From positions 1 through 64,000 of the forward strand of contig MU271357.1 of NCBI GenBank assembly GCA_021432655.1: 64,000 nt of DNA. Direction: 5' to 3'. How positions within the stretch are numbered: the stretch's first letter is position 1; each line of letters opens with the position of its first letter. This document shows, one piece after another, positions 36,831-49,210 of this stretch. The DNA is from Atractiella rhizophila. Its lineage: Eukaryota. Under the pieces are notes generated by a model. It did not search any database. It worked only from the letters and a program-made list of their open reading frames with translations, and was not told the DNA's origin. A program made the position numbers and the translations under genes.

Positions 36831-38545
36831 CTTGTTCCCACTGGCTCCTGTCCCGTCTCTAGCGTTCGTGCTCCCTTCGCCTTCTTCGCTCGTCGTCGTA
36901 TCTCTGATGCCGACGAAATCCTCGAGTTGTATCGCCTGCTCCAGGTCCGCCGCTGAAAAATTGGGCTGATTCTGACTCCGTCGACGGAGATTGAAGAGGT
37001 TTACAGGCGTCACGTTCACTGAATCACATCCGACAAAGGATGAACATAATCCCAAGAAATGGTTAGAAGGGCTCGAGCGACGCTTTGGAGGGGATTGGGA
37101 GAAGGAAGGAAGGACAGCGGACGAAGAAGGCGGAACAAGGCGATGAACAAAACAAAGACGCCTTCGGACCAAATAGCCACTTTCCCTTAATCCAACGAGA
37201 AACAAGGTCACTTACCAACTTCTCTCTAGACTAATACTGCTTGCTCTTGCTCTAAGGATATCAATAAAGACAAAGCAAGAGGGAGGAGTGGTCGTCGACA
37301 ACAGGGCTGGAATCATAAGATGCCCAAGCCAAATTTTCCAATTTTCGTTCTTCTGCGGACCTCAGCAGCAAATGTAATTTTCGCTTCAGAACCGGTTAAG
37401 AATCGAGCAAAACAACTGAAAACAACGTAACCTTTTCACAAGGCACTTTAAAATGCTTCAACATTTTATCACCTCTCTCCGCCCGAAAACTTCGTTCTGC
37501 CTCAACTACTATTCCCTGGGAAAGTTAATTCGTCACACGCAACGATGCTTCAATATCTTTGGAGAAGTGATGTAACCGCTCCTCGCAAACCTTCCTGTGG
37601 AAGCAGGAGAAGGGAACCGTGCCACTGTGCTTTGAAGATGAAACGAAACAGGAGCCACATTCTAATCTAATTCGGTAGATTAATCAAATAATGCTTTCCT
37701 GCAATCAAGCAGACGTGACCTACTTTGGGAAAGAGAAGCACCTCAATTTGCAACCCTGATCCTTCCGCGTTAAAAGCAACATGATATTTTTCAATTTCAG
37801 ACGGTCAAACGCCTTCTATTGTGGCTTTCGTTCACTTCCTATATTTCTCGTGCAGCTGCATAAATAGTGCAACTCGTCTATCGGATGGCAGGTCCAAATT
37901 TGTAGGCGAAAGAATGAAACAGTATTTCCATAATTTGGTATTTCCATAATTTCAAGCTCCTTCTTTCTACCTAATTATCTTAGGAAATGAACATTCAAGT
38001 CTTCAATGGAAAGTCTCTGAATTACTTCCGGTTTGATAACGAAATGGCTCCTCATCAATTCCACGGCCCACTGACAACAACTGTGACTATTAAGGCAGCA
38101 ATCGCAGTCACATGATCCTGTTCAAATTTTCTATTCGCTTCACTTCACATGGGTAAAACAAGCGCTCAAGAATCCAAAAGCGGTCGCCTTGGGCGAGATT
38201 TGGATGGCACACAACAACAAAACAACGAAAACGAAAGATCGGATGCTCACCCATTCGAGCCTTCCAAATCCGCCTTCCGAAAAACTCGTCCAAACAACTT
38301 GATTCCCGTTCCCGCCGGAACGTCTCAACCTCTTTTACCTCCGTCAGTTGGGCAGAATGACTTGTGGAGATGGAGTTCTATAAGGAGGAAGAGTGCCGTG
38401 AAAGGGGGAAAGATAGCTAGATAATAATGTGGCGAAAAGTGGGTTCCGACAAACAGGAGCTTCCTTTCTTGGATGGATATTCACGTGCACCTATGACACG
38501 AAATCGACACTCAACATTGCGAATGTAAAGTTGTAAACCGACCAC

Positions 38546-39244
38546 ATGCGTCCCCAAGCCGTTCTCACCACTTCCCTAATCGCAACCGCCATGTCTGCGC
38601 CGTCAGTGCCGCAATACCTAGCGACATTTACGAAGACGATGTCACAGCAATCCAAGGACTCCGTGATCTCAGCCATCGAGGCTTCCGGAGGGAGGATCGT
38701 CACGATATTCGATGGGATAGTGTACAAAGGCGTTTTGTTCGCTCAGAGCGAACAGGGAGTCGGAATTCAAAGCACAGATGCCTGGAAGTCACACCTTATG
38801 AGTGTAGACTCAGGAGTGGTGGATGTCGAGATGGATCAGGTGGTGCGTTTTGTTCTTTCTCTTGCTCCTTTGGCCCTTGCCTTGCGCTTGGTTATGAGAT
38901 GTCCCTTCCCTTTCTTTGTCTTTGCCTTGCCTTTCGGCGCCAAATCTCCTTGCCCTTCCCCTTTCTGTAACTCATCCGCTTTCATGCCCCTCTGACGAGG
39001 AATAGACCAGTATCTAGTATGCATTATGTTTGCACTGTCTGGTGGGAACCCAGACTACGCATGCTTTACTGTTGTGCTCTCCTGGATGCTTGCTTCTGCA
39101 CTCACATGATTCGACGTTGTTTCCTACATTTCAAAATCCTCCCCCATAACGAAGTACAGTTTGCTCACTATGTGTTGGAAACAGGTATCGATCCGTGAGC
39201 CTTCGACTACTTCCGCCAAGTCGGGTCCTACGCTCTTTTACTGA
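38546..39244 (+). CDS. Peptidase inhibitor I9 (subtilisin-propeptide-like) small protein, possibly secreted
   Basis: YLATFTK...VISAIEASGGRIVTIFDGIVYKGVLF...VVDVEMDQV matches the I9 pattern. Signal-like N-terminus; donor at 38843. Confidence 0.65.
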
Positions 39245-39701
39245 TCGAGATGAGAGCGCAGAACCAATCAGCAACAATAATTAAAGGACTAGAGCTCTGG
39301 TCTTCCTTCCTTCATGCTTCTGTTGGTGAAAGTATGACGAAGTCTTCTTGGTCATTGTTGGACGGTAGATATTCATGTTACTTTATGTACTATTCAAGTT
39401 ATCAATGTAATTTCCTTGTTCTGTGAAACCTGCACTCCGGCCCGCCATCCAAATCACAGGCAAGTTGCGACTTGAATCTGCATGGAACCAGATGGGACAG
39501 TACGGACTAAATGGAATATCTGCTAAGTCGGCTGCTTAGGCTGTTGGGGACATGACGTGCACGCGGGCGAGTGGGGTGGTGCGGGGTACATTGGCGTCCC
39601 TTCGTCCTCAAATAGACCATCAACACCGCCAATACACCGTCGTCTTCTTCAAGCCTTACTGTTGCTTGACCAGTTCTGAAGACTGAAGTGGACCTTGAAC
39701 G

Positions 39702-41550
39702 ATGCGTTGGACTCCTCTCCTCGTCCTGCCACTCGCGCTGGCTCAAGCTCAAGAACTCCCCGCCACCCTCCTCTCCCCACTCATCGCTCAGAAAGTTCTC
39801 CAAGTGGCGACAGAGTATGCGCCAAGGGATCACAGCTCGTTTCCAACTGTACTTCTTCTCATCCCATCCCTTTGAGCAGCAGGTTGATACAGCAATGGGA
39901 TGGGATGACAGACTTTCCCACAATACACGTCTCGAGACAATGGCGCCTGGTTCTACTTCAAACCCGACACTTGGACTTCCTCCTTCTTCCCCTCCCTCCT
40001 TCACCTCCTCGACCAGAGGGATACCATCTGTCCGAATGCTACCGGTGCGCCACAAGGGACAGATTGGAGGGACCTGGAGAACAGTACGTGGATCTGAGTT
40101 TCAGCGCGGGTCTAACGCGTGACGGTACAGGATGGAGTACTTTCATGATAACTAACACCCAACTGACGACGACACACGATGTGGGCTTCTTGTCCTGGGT
40201 TTTTCAAGATCAGTATTCACTTCACAACGACACGGCGAAACAATACGTGTTGGACATGGCCAATAACCTGGCGGCGAGATTCAACCCGGTGGTAGGGTGT
40301 ACGAAGAGTTGGGATAAAGGGGCAGGGGATTTTCAGGTCATCATCGATAACATGATGAATTTGGAGGTTCGATACCATTCACGAGACGAGGGAGCGACTG
40401 ACTGATGCGGCGTAGCTCCTTCTTTTAGCTAGTGACATTACTGGAAACCAAACTTATTACGATATGGCCATCTCACATGCAAACAAGACGATGGCAAATC
40501 ACATCCGAGAGGACGGGGTGTGTTTCTTCCTACATCCGTCTCCTTCCTCTCATAACCCGTGCCCAATGGCCAGAGCACGTTTCATGTTGTGGACTATGAT
40601 CCCACCAATGGAAAAGTTGTGTGGCGAGGGAACGGCACAGGGGTTCAGTAACGATTCGTGAGTCTTTCTTTTCCATTTCCGCTCCGTAATACGGGATTGC
40701 TGATGAATTGGATTGCGAAGGACATGGTCTCGAGGACAAGCATGGGGAATCTACGGTTACACTTCCAGTGCGCATCTCCCCACTCTAATCCATGTAATCT
40801 CTAACTGGATTTTTAAATGCAGTGTACGACTGGACCTCCTTCTTCCCCTACCTAGCCACTGCTCGTTCCCTCGGCCTCTGGTACCTGAGCCACCTCCCCG
40901 AAGATGGCGTACCCTACTGGGACTTCAGCCAAACCACAAACAAGGACTCCTCGAGCGCAACCATCGCGGCATCTGCCTTTTTGCTTCTCTCCAGTATGGA
41001 GTTGAGGAACGACCCCCAGAACATTACTGGAGCCAGCTTTTGGAGACAGGCTGCTGTGGACCTCATCACAGCCACATCTCAGCTCGCCTGGAACGAGGGC
41101 TGGAGCTCTTTGTTGGCGAATGGTACGGTAAACAACAGAGGTATGCCATTCTCCCCTGCAGATCAGGGAGGGATTGATTAAACTTGGCCTTTGTAATGAA
41201 TAGCCAACCCGCCGAATAACAACACAGGAACGATATATGGCGACTACTATTTTATCGAAGCTGGCAACCGTTTCCTCCAACTAGGAATGCTGAATTGCAC
41301 CGACGGCTCCATCGCTGATGGAGCGGATGCCAATCGCACTTCTCTCCCCAGCACCCAGAGCAAGACGAACCCGCCACCCGCGAATTCGAGCCTCTTGGAG
41401 CCGGGAAATGGCGCACCAGCGACTAATGGTACGAGTGAGCCTAGTGGAAGCAATGGAGGCGGTGGATCGGATGCGAGCGCTCTGAAGGCCAACCTTGGTT
41501 CAATCGCCTTTGTTCTGATGTTGGGCACGGGAGTGCTATTTTGGCCATGA
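39702..41550 (+). CDS. Glycoside hydrolase family 88 (unsaturated glucuronyl hydrolase), secreted, GPI/TM-like tail; apparent +1 frameshift at 40628-40630
   Basis: Signal peptide MRWTPLLVLPLALAQA, WTSSFFP, HDVGFL, FQVIIDNMMNLE, HIREDGSTFHVVDYD, WSRGQAWGIYG, YWDF..DSSSATIAAS, YGDYYFIEA. Confidence 0.9.
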
Positions 41551-42086
41551 GGATTTTGTCCTTGCCGCTTAAGTGAAGTGAACACTTCACTTGGAGTGTT
41601 CAGGAAAAGGAGACGACGGACAGGTTTTGCATGTGTGGATATTTTGAGCTCTGTTGTTCTTCAATACCCAAATACCAATTGTGTTCAAACAACGAAATCC
41701 CAGGCAGCGCAAGGCATGGAGGAGCTATGAAGGAGATATGATTGCGCAAACTGTTCGTTATGATAGAAGAAATGGAGTGGTAATGTGTAACCAGTCTTGC
41801 ATCACAATTACAGCCAGCTCCCGCTTCAGAGACAATTTTCTCGCCATTTGTAGTACGTCAGCAGCAGTCAGAAAGCAAGTTAGGAAGCTTAGGTAACCAT
41901 CGATAAATTGTGAGCCACAATTTGTCCGGGGCAAGTTGGGGAAGCATTCTGATTGGCTCCATCTTTATCCGAGACATTTGAAAATGCGTGGCGTGCTCAA
42001 GAAGAATTTTTGATCAACAAAAAGCAACCACCTTCTCGTTCCACGTTCCAGCCCTCCATCAGTTCTCTTCTTCTAGACTTTCAGCC

Positions 42087-43602
42087 ATGGTCGCCAACGG
42101 TACCGCTTCTCGCAAAATCGCGAAATTACCCAACAATCACTTTCTCTTCACTTCCGAAAGTGCGTATTCTTCCCCAGATTTTTCTTTTCTAAGATTCCGA
42201 GCTGACTTTGTGGCGAAAACAGGTGTGGGAGAAGGGCACCCCGACAAGATCGCAGATCAGATCTCAGACTCCATTCTTGACGCTTGTCTCGCCCAAGATA
42301 AATGGTCAAAGGTCGCCTGCGAGACTGCCACCAAGACCGGAATGGTCCTTGTCTTTGGAGAGATTACGACCGCCGCTCAACTCGATTATCAGAAGATCGT
42401 CCGTGATTGTGTCAAGAAGATTGGCTACGACGATTCTGTCAAGGGATTCGATTACAAAACCCTCAATCTTCTTGTCGCCATCGAGCAGCAGAGCCCCGAC
42501 ATTGCTCAAGGTTTAGACAGGGGAAATTTGGAGAACCATGGCGCGGGTGACCAGGGAATCATGTTTGGTAAGCTCTCTACCCTTTACCTTCGAAAGTTTG
42601 GGCAAGGAGGAGATGTACATTGCGCCACCTACTGGCAAATCATGAAAAGGAGATGGCGCAATTACATCAGTTGACATAAATTGATGAACTGTAGTTCATT
42701 GTGTTGGTCAACTGCGAGACTCGGAGTACTCATTACTGATGGCGCTTCACTGCAGGATATGCAACGGATGAAACTGATTCATACATGCCTCTCACCCTCA
42801 CCCTCGCTCACGGCCTCAACCGTCGTATGGCGGACCTTCGACGCGTTCCTGCTTCTGATCCCGATGCTCTCCCTTACCTCCTCCCCGATTCCAAGTCTCA
42901 AGTTACGATCGAATACGAGAAACTTGAATCGGGCGCTGTACGACCCATCCGCGTTGACACTGTCGTCATTTCAGTCCAACATAAAGAGGATGTGGAAGTT
43001 GAGACACTAAGGAAGGACGTACTTGAGAAGGTCGTGAAGAATATTATTCCTAAGAACATGCTTGATGAGAGGACGATCTATCACATTCAACCCACTGGTC
43101 GTTTCGTCATAGGAGGCCCGCAAGGAGACGCTGGTCTGACCGGAAGGAAGATCATCGTGGACTCTTACGGCGGATGGGGAGCGCACGGTGGCGGAGCTTT
43201 CTCTGGAAAGGATTGGTCCAAGGTCGATCGTTCCGGCGCATATGCTGCTCGTTGGGTCGCGAAGTCTCTCGTTGCCGCTGGACTCGCCAAACGTGTCCTC
43301 GTCCAATTCTCGTACGCCATCGGCGTCGCTGAACCCCTCAGCGTCTTTGTCGACTCTTACGGAACTGGATCCAAGACGGATGAGGAGCTCAGTGAGATCA
43401 TCGCGAAGAACTTCGACCTTCGACCTGGTGTGATTGTGAAGGAATTGGACCTTCAGCGTCCTATTTACGCCCAGACTGCCAGCTAGTATGTTTTTCTCTC
43501 CGCTCCCACATGAACACATTTTGAATGCTGAATGCCTTGGATAGTGGTCACTTTGGAAACCCCAATTACCCATGGGAGAAGCCTAAACAGCTTAAATTCT
43601 AG
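42087..43602 (+). CDS. SAM2: S-adenosylmethionine synthetase (methionine adenosyltransferase)
   Basis: [76 protein letters not shown]. Confidence 0.97.
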
Positions 43603-44485
43603 GTCAATCCCTAATGGTGCCCTAGATTCTTCGAGTCAAACATAGCAGTTCTCGGATTTTCTCGTCGTCTCCTCTCAACACTCCTTTTGAGCGTTCGAGA
43701 TCTTTAGACGGATTCAACTTCGTCTTTCGTCAGTATAATCATTATAAAAAGCCCATTTTGTCCCTTCAGCTTCACATTTAGAAGTACACTCCATTTCCTT
43801 TAGAGGATTCCCATTGCATCGTTCTTTTGTCGCAGTCGTTCAATCACGTTCGAGGTAGAGCAAAGAGTAGTAGTACCATACACAAAAAAATACTAAATGT
43901 AATAAAATCACGTCAACCGTGTTTATACGGAACTGGATCCAAGACGGATGAGGAGCTCAGTGAGATCATCGCGAAGAACTTCGACCTTCGACCTGGTGTC
44001 ATTGTGAAGGAGTTGGACCTCCAACGTCCTATTTATGCCCAGACTGCCAGCTAGTGCGTTTTTCTCTCCTCTCCCACATGAACACATTCTGAATGCCTTG
44101 GATAGTGGTCACTTTGGAAACCCCAATTACCCATGGGAGAAGCCTAAACAGCTTAAATTCTAGGTCAATCCCTAATGGTGCTCTAGTTTCTTCGAGTCAA
44201 GCATAGGAGTTCTCGGATTTTCTCGTCGTCTCCTCTCAACACTCCTTCTGAGCGTTCGAGATCTTTAGACGGATTCAACTTCGTCTTTCGTCAGTATGAT
44301 CATTATAAAAAGCCCATTTTGTCCCTTCAGCTTCACATTTAGAAGTACACTCCATTTCCTTTAGAGGATTCCCATTGCATCGTTCTTTTGTCGCAGTCGT
44401 TCAATCACGTTCGAGGTAGAGCAAAGAGTAGTAGTACCATACACAAAAAAATACTAAATGTAATAAAATCACGTCAACCGTGTTT
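43358..44485 (+). repeat. Tandem duplication of the SAM synthetase 3' end (43358-43924 and 43926-44485)
   Basis: Near-identical direct repeat covering the end of the penultimate exon, the last intron, the last exon and the 3' flank. 7-nt indel in the intron. Confidence 0.95.
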
Positions 44486-44781
44486 GCTTGCTGGCGAACC
44501 CACTACAAAGAAAAGCTCTCCACTAGCACTAGTGCTTTTGTGGCAGGCGATGCCTTCCGTTTTCACAGTTTTCATTTCTAATGTGTTAGCCAACACCAGT
44601 TCTGATATAAACCAAAACCATTATTTGCATGCACGTGCGAATCGTTAAGGTACATCAGAGAGTGAGAGCGAAGGGATAGAAACTAGACATTGAATCAACA
44701 GAATCGATGCAACAGAACGACAGAGACCACACAACAGATGAAGGACATTCTGGAAGGAAAGAGATCAATATATCGACATAC

Positions 44782-46108
44782 TTATGCATCGCCGTCCATT
44801 TTCCCTCCTCCCATAGTACCATCTAACACCTGCGCCTTCAATCTGAGACCTCCTACCACTCCTTCTTCCCTCTCTCCAGCAACGAGATGCTCAGGGCTTT
44901 CAAAGTAATCAATCTTCCGCCCCTGCACTTTCTTCGCCCTCAAGGGACTGACGTTCCCTCCCACATCTCCAAGCACGAATGCGGAGCTCCTCCGGACGAC
45001 AGGAGACGGACTGGGGGAACTGTTCCTAGGGCTGCCATGAGAAGAAGGGGTTGAAGCATGGGAAGGAAAGGTGAACATGTTGGGAGATTTGCCAGGAGAC
45101 TTGAACGGAGATCCAAACCCGACAGGTCCGTTCATCGACAGCGATTTGTGATTACCGAATGGAGAAGAAAGCATCTGGGCGTCCCAAGAGGACGAGCTGG
45201 CCTTGGTGGGAGAACTTTCAGTGGAACTTTGACCCGTTTCGTCGCTCGCGTTCCAACGCCTTCTTTCAGTTCCTCGTAATTCATCGCTAACGCTACCTCC
45301 CTTCTCGAAAGGGCTGAGGACACCTTTCTCGAACAGCCCGCTCGTCTCTCCCTCAGTGCCGAAACTTTCGTCTCCATTATCACCGTCTTGAGCCCATCTA
45401 GCCTTAATAGGAGAGATTAACCCGAAATCTCCGAATTGGGTGATGGCGTTGAGAGTTGGTGCCGCGCATTTGCCAGGAGTGGGATTGGGACCAAGAGGAG
45501 ATGGAGGAGGGAAGATGTGAGGGGTGGGGGACAGCTTCCCAGCATACAGCCACCAGGGAGAGGAAGGTGTGGAGGTGGTGAGAGTGCTCCTTGGGGGAGT
45601 AGCTGATGTAGGGATAGTATCCGCATTCGCATTCGTATTTGCATTTGCACTCCCAATCACGTCGTGGAAGAGAACTGTCGGCGTAAGGTCCGAATCGGAG
45701 GAGAAGGAGGACGAAGGGGGTTTCGGCTCTTCTTCCAACGTCAAGTTAGAGCAGAGGGAAAGATCGATCGACGGAATCTTCGAGCCTTGGGCCGCACGAC
45801 GAGATGATAAGGAGCCAGACCTTCCCGCGCGGGTACGTGGCTTCGAAGATGGCGACGCCGCTAACGTGCTCGGATTTGGCGATGGAGGCAACGGGACGTT
45901 GGCAGCAAGGTCTTGGAAACTGTAGATGGAGTGCACTGAAGTCGTATGGTTTCCAGCGATAGACAAGCTCGAAAAGGAAGTGAGGTTTACGTCCACACCT
46001 ATCTCCCCAATTACATTAATTTATAGCCTAAAAGGGCATACATAGGAAGAACGCACGTCCAGAAGGGACCTCAAACTGAGGAACTCCAACTGTGATTGAG
46101 CTTGACAT
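44782..46108 (-). CDS. Hypothetical Ser/Pro-rich disordered protein with many SP/TP sites
   Basis: ATG at 46108, short exon, one GT-AG intron, then a 404-codon ORF. Confidence 0.7.
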
Positions 46109-46695
46109 TACGAAGTCTAGACTGAAGCTACGGCGAACTGACTGGTGACAATTAGCAGAGAGATATTTTATCCAAGAAATGATGTGGAGGACGATGCAAG
46201 GAAGAACACCAGTTCAAGTTTAATATATAGTCGGAGGCAGCTTGTGCGGGAAGAGGGAAGTGAAATCCAAAAAGGGGCTGATAAACATCGACCGCGTCGA
46301 ATAAGTTACGGGACCATCACATTAACCGCCATCTGACAGAGATACCCGCCCATCATGTTCCCACGATCAAATTACGCGCTGTGACGCGTCGAATAAACAT
46401 CCCAAGTCTTTGGGTCGTTCGCACAGTTCATTGAAGGCGAGTGGAGGCAATCGGATAGAGAACAAAAAATGGATCATGAAGGAAACCATCTGTGGCAGCC
46501 TGTGCGGAAAACAGATTCGATTCGAAAGTCAGGGCAGCACAAATTACAGATGACAGTGAATCTGAGTGAGTATCACAGCACAATGAGGAGTAGGGATATC
46601 ACTTGATTCGATTTTGACTGAAGAACATAAGCACTACTTGCCATGCAAGAACCACAAACTGCGCAAATAATGCGAAAATAGATGACGAAGAACAC

Positions 46696-49210
46696 TTAAG
46701 GCTCGTCCTCAGGCCAGTAAATCCAAGGACCAACGGGTGAAGGAGACTCATTCTCGTCGTCTTCAGGATCAAAGGCAGAGCTCCAATTTCCCACAATCCC
46801 AGTCCGCGCACCGATGCCTCCAGGCTGCACACCTTCCGACCTCCATCTGTCCAATCCACCGTATCCCGAAACGAGCGTCCAATGCGGGATCTCCACTGGA
46901 GACTCGTCGCTGGGCTTCGCTAGCCGGACGCAACCGTGAACGCTCATCCCAGCGGTAGGCGCGACAAACGACTTTCGATATCCTTCGAAATAGAGCGTTG
47001 GGTACTTCGAAGAGGTGGAGCCGCCGTACCCGTACCTGCTATTCGAGTGCTGGCGCGAGGTAGGAATAGTGGTCTTCGAAGGCGGTGGAACGAGATGGAG
47101 CTCCATAAACCTAGCACAATGTTAAGCAGTTTCAGTGCAAGAAAAGTTAACGCAAACATGAGGTGTCCAACAGCCTCTGAACAATGCGCCAAGGAGCGAC
47201 TTGAGTTCGGCGAGAAGTTGAAGGCATGAAACATTCGATAGTCGACAAACGCATAAGATCCCAGCCAGATCCCTTCTACCCCAGCCCAATCCCACGCATT
47301 CCACTCCGCTCGCTCCCTGATCTTTCCCTTCGCATCCGTCTTGAGAGCAGAGAGGAATCGCCTGTCAGGATCAATCGTCACGGTTCCTCTCCTCCGGTCT
47401 GACCAGTTTTGAAGCAAGCGAAGCTGCCATTCAGGATCCGACACTTCCTCCTCCTCCTCAGTAGTCGTCTGCCCTCTGAACTTTCTCAAAGATTTCTTGA
47501 ACCCTCCCAGCTCCGCCACTTCGCGTTCCCAGTCCTCCTTCGAATCAAGTGCATTCTTCACCATGGTAGTGTGCAGTCCTTCGACCAAGGTCCAATTGAC
47601 CGTTCCATCAGCATGTAGAGGGGTATACCGATGGTGTCTCCAGGGTAACACGCTCCCTTCCTCCTCCGGTGGATCCGGTTCGACATAATACCTCAAATTG
47701 TATGCCACCTCTCGAAACCTTCCACGATATGGCAACAAATTCCTCGAGAAAACCATCGTCGATCCATTAGTCAACATGAGCGTGAACGTCGGGGCTGCCA
47801 TTCCAGTTTCTCGAAAACTAGGCAGATAAGGTCCGAGGAGGACGTGAACTTGGCTCCGGAGGCTGCTCGAAGGGATGGGTATGTGTGATGGAAAGAAGAT
47901 GGGAGATGCGGCAGGAGTGGTTGAAGGTGAGAAAAAAGGGCTCAAAGCAGGCAGCATAAATTGGTCCATCGGTCCTTCGTCGATTTCTGGCGTTTCATCT
48001 TCTTGTTCTTCGACGCGCTCTCGTGAATTTGATGGAGCTCCGTCATCCTCAGAGCTAGATTCTGGTTCTTGTTCTCGTTTTGGTTTTTGGGATATCGCGC
48101 GGAGGAAATAGAATTGATGGCGCAGGATAGGAGATGAAGCGAACAATGATTCGAGATAAAGGACGTTCTTTGACGGTAGAGGATGTGGAGTAGCGGTTCG
48201 TACAAGCTCCAGTAGCGTGCGCAGGACCGTATCAAAATGTACTAGCTAGAGTCGCTTATCAGCATCGCTCCGTCTATAATTCAATATAAACGCTCTAGCT
48301 TGTCGATAAACGCTCTCCGGTACTTGTCGCAAAAACCAAGGCCAAAAAAACCCGTGGTTCAAACAGAACCCCAAAAAAGAAACAAAAAAGAAGCCCAAAA
48401 CAGGGCAAAAATTGCCCTTAAAACAACAACCCAACGTACAAAAGAAAAACCAATGAGATTAAAGGCAAGGGGACAATGATGACAATCCGAGCATGCCACA
48501 GAAGTCCAAGGACGAGCTCATACACCATGAGATGAGATGAGACAAGAGATTGGTCATATCACTACATCCTCCATATGTTTTCACAATGACTGCTTTCGTG
48601 TAGTAGAGCACCAATGGACATGGCCAATAAATCCACGGAATAAATCGGTTGAACAAGTCGAACTCGCTGACTAGAAAAGAGGAGAACGGAGCATGTTCAG
48701 AGTACCAACGCCATTCGATCAAATAACTTCATCAAGGGTCTACGCGTCTGCAAAGCTGCTCCACCTCGAACGCGCAATGTAAACGGAGGGCGACAGCCAT
48801 TCCTTAAATTATAAGCTGCTTTCAGACGCAGGCATTTCCTTTCTTGGCAACGCCAGATTGCGACAAGTCAAGCAAAGCTAACGAAGGACACTCCCGATTA
48901 TACCTCCCAGAAAGGAAAACAAAATACAATGTACCTTTTCCTCGTCTCCCTCTTCCAAATCGAGCCACCTCTTCACACCCCAGAACCTCTTCACGACCTC
49001 CTTCCATCCCTCCTCCTCCTGCCTCGACTCGCATCCATCGAAATCCCACAACCCCAAAGCGACGTCCCTCCACAGCACGCCTTCCGGTCCAATGAGCGCT
49101 TGTGCATACTTGGATGTGAGGGAGAAGGCGAGGAGGTCGGGTGGACGAAAGGGAGGAGAGGAAGAGAGGATGTGGGTGAGGATTTCGGGGGGGAGCGAGA
49201 GGAGAGGCAT
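46696..49210 (-). CDS. F-box protein; 3 exons, 689-nt first intron
   Basis: LLSLPPEILTHILSS...DLLAFSLTSK...LWR F-box; C-terminal WDWAGVEGIWLGSYAFVDYR and RWRSEGVQPGG...GPWIYW. Confidence 0.82.

Noticed and set aside
37922..37952. GTATTTCCATAATTT repeated twice in tandem
   Set aside because: A single short local duplication with no supporting context.
42681..42740. C/D or H/ACA snoRNA in the SAM synthetase intron
   Set aside because: The TGATGA...CTGA span is only about 60 nt, the C-like box is buried in a stem and the D-like box overlaps the branch site. There is no H box between the hairpins and no 3' ACA. Not fully excluded without Rfam.
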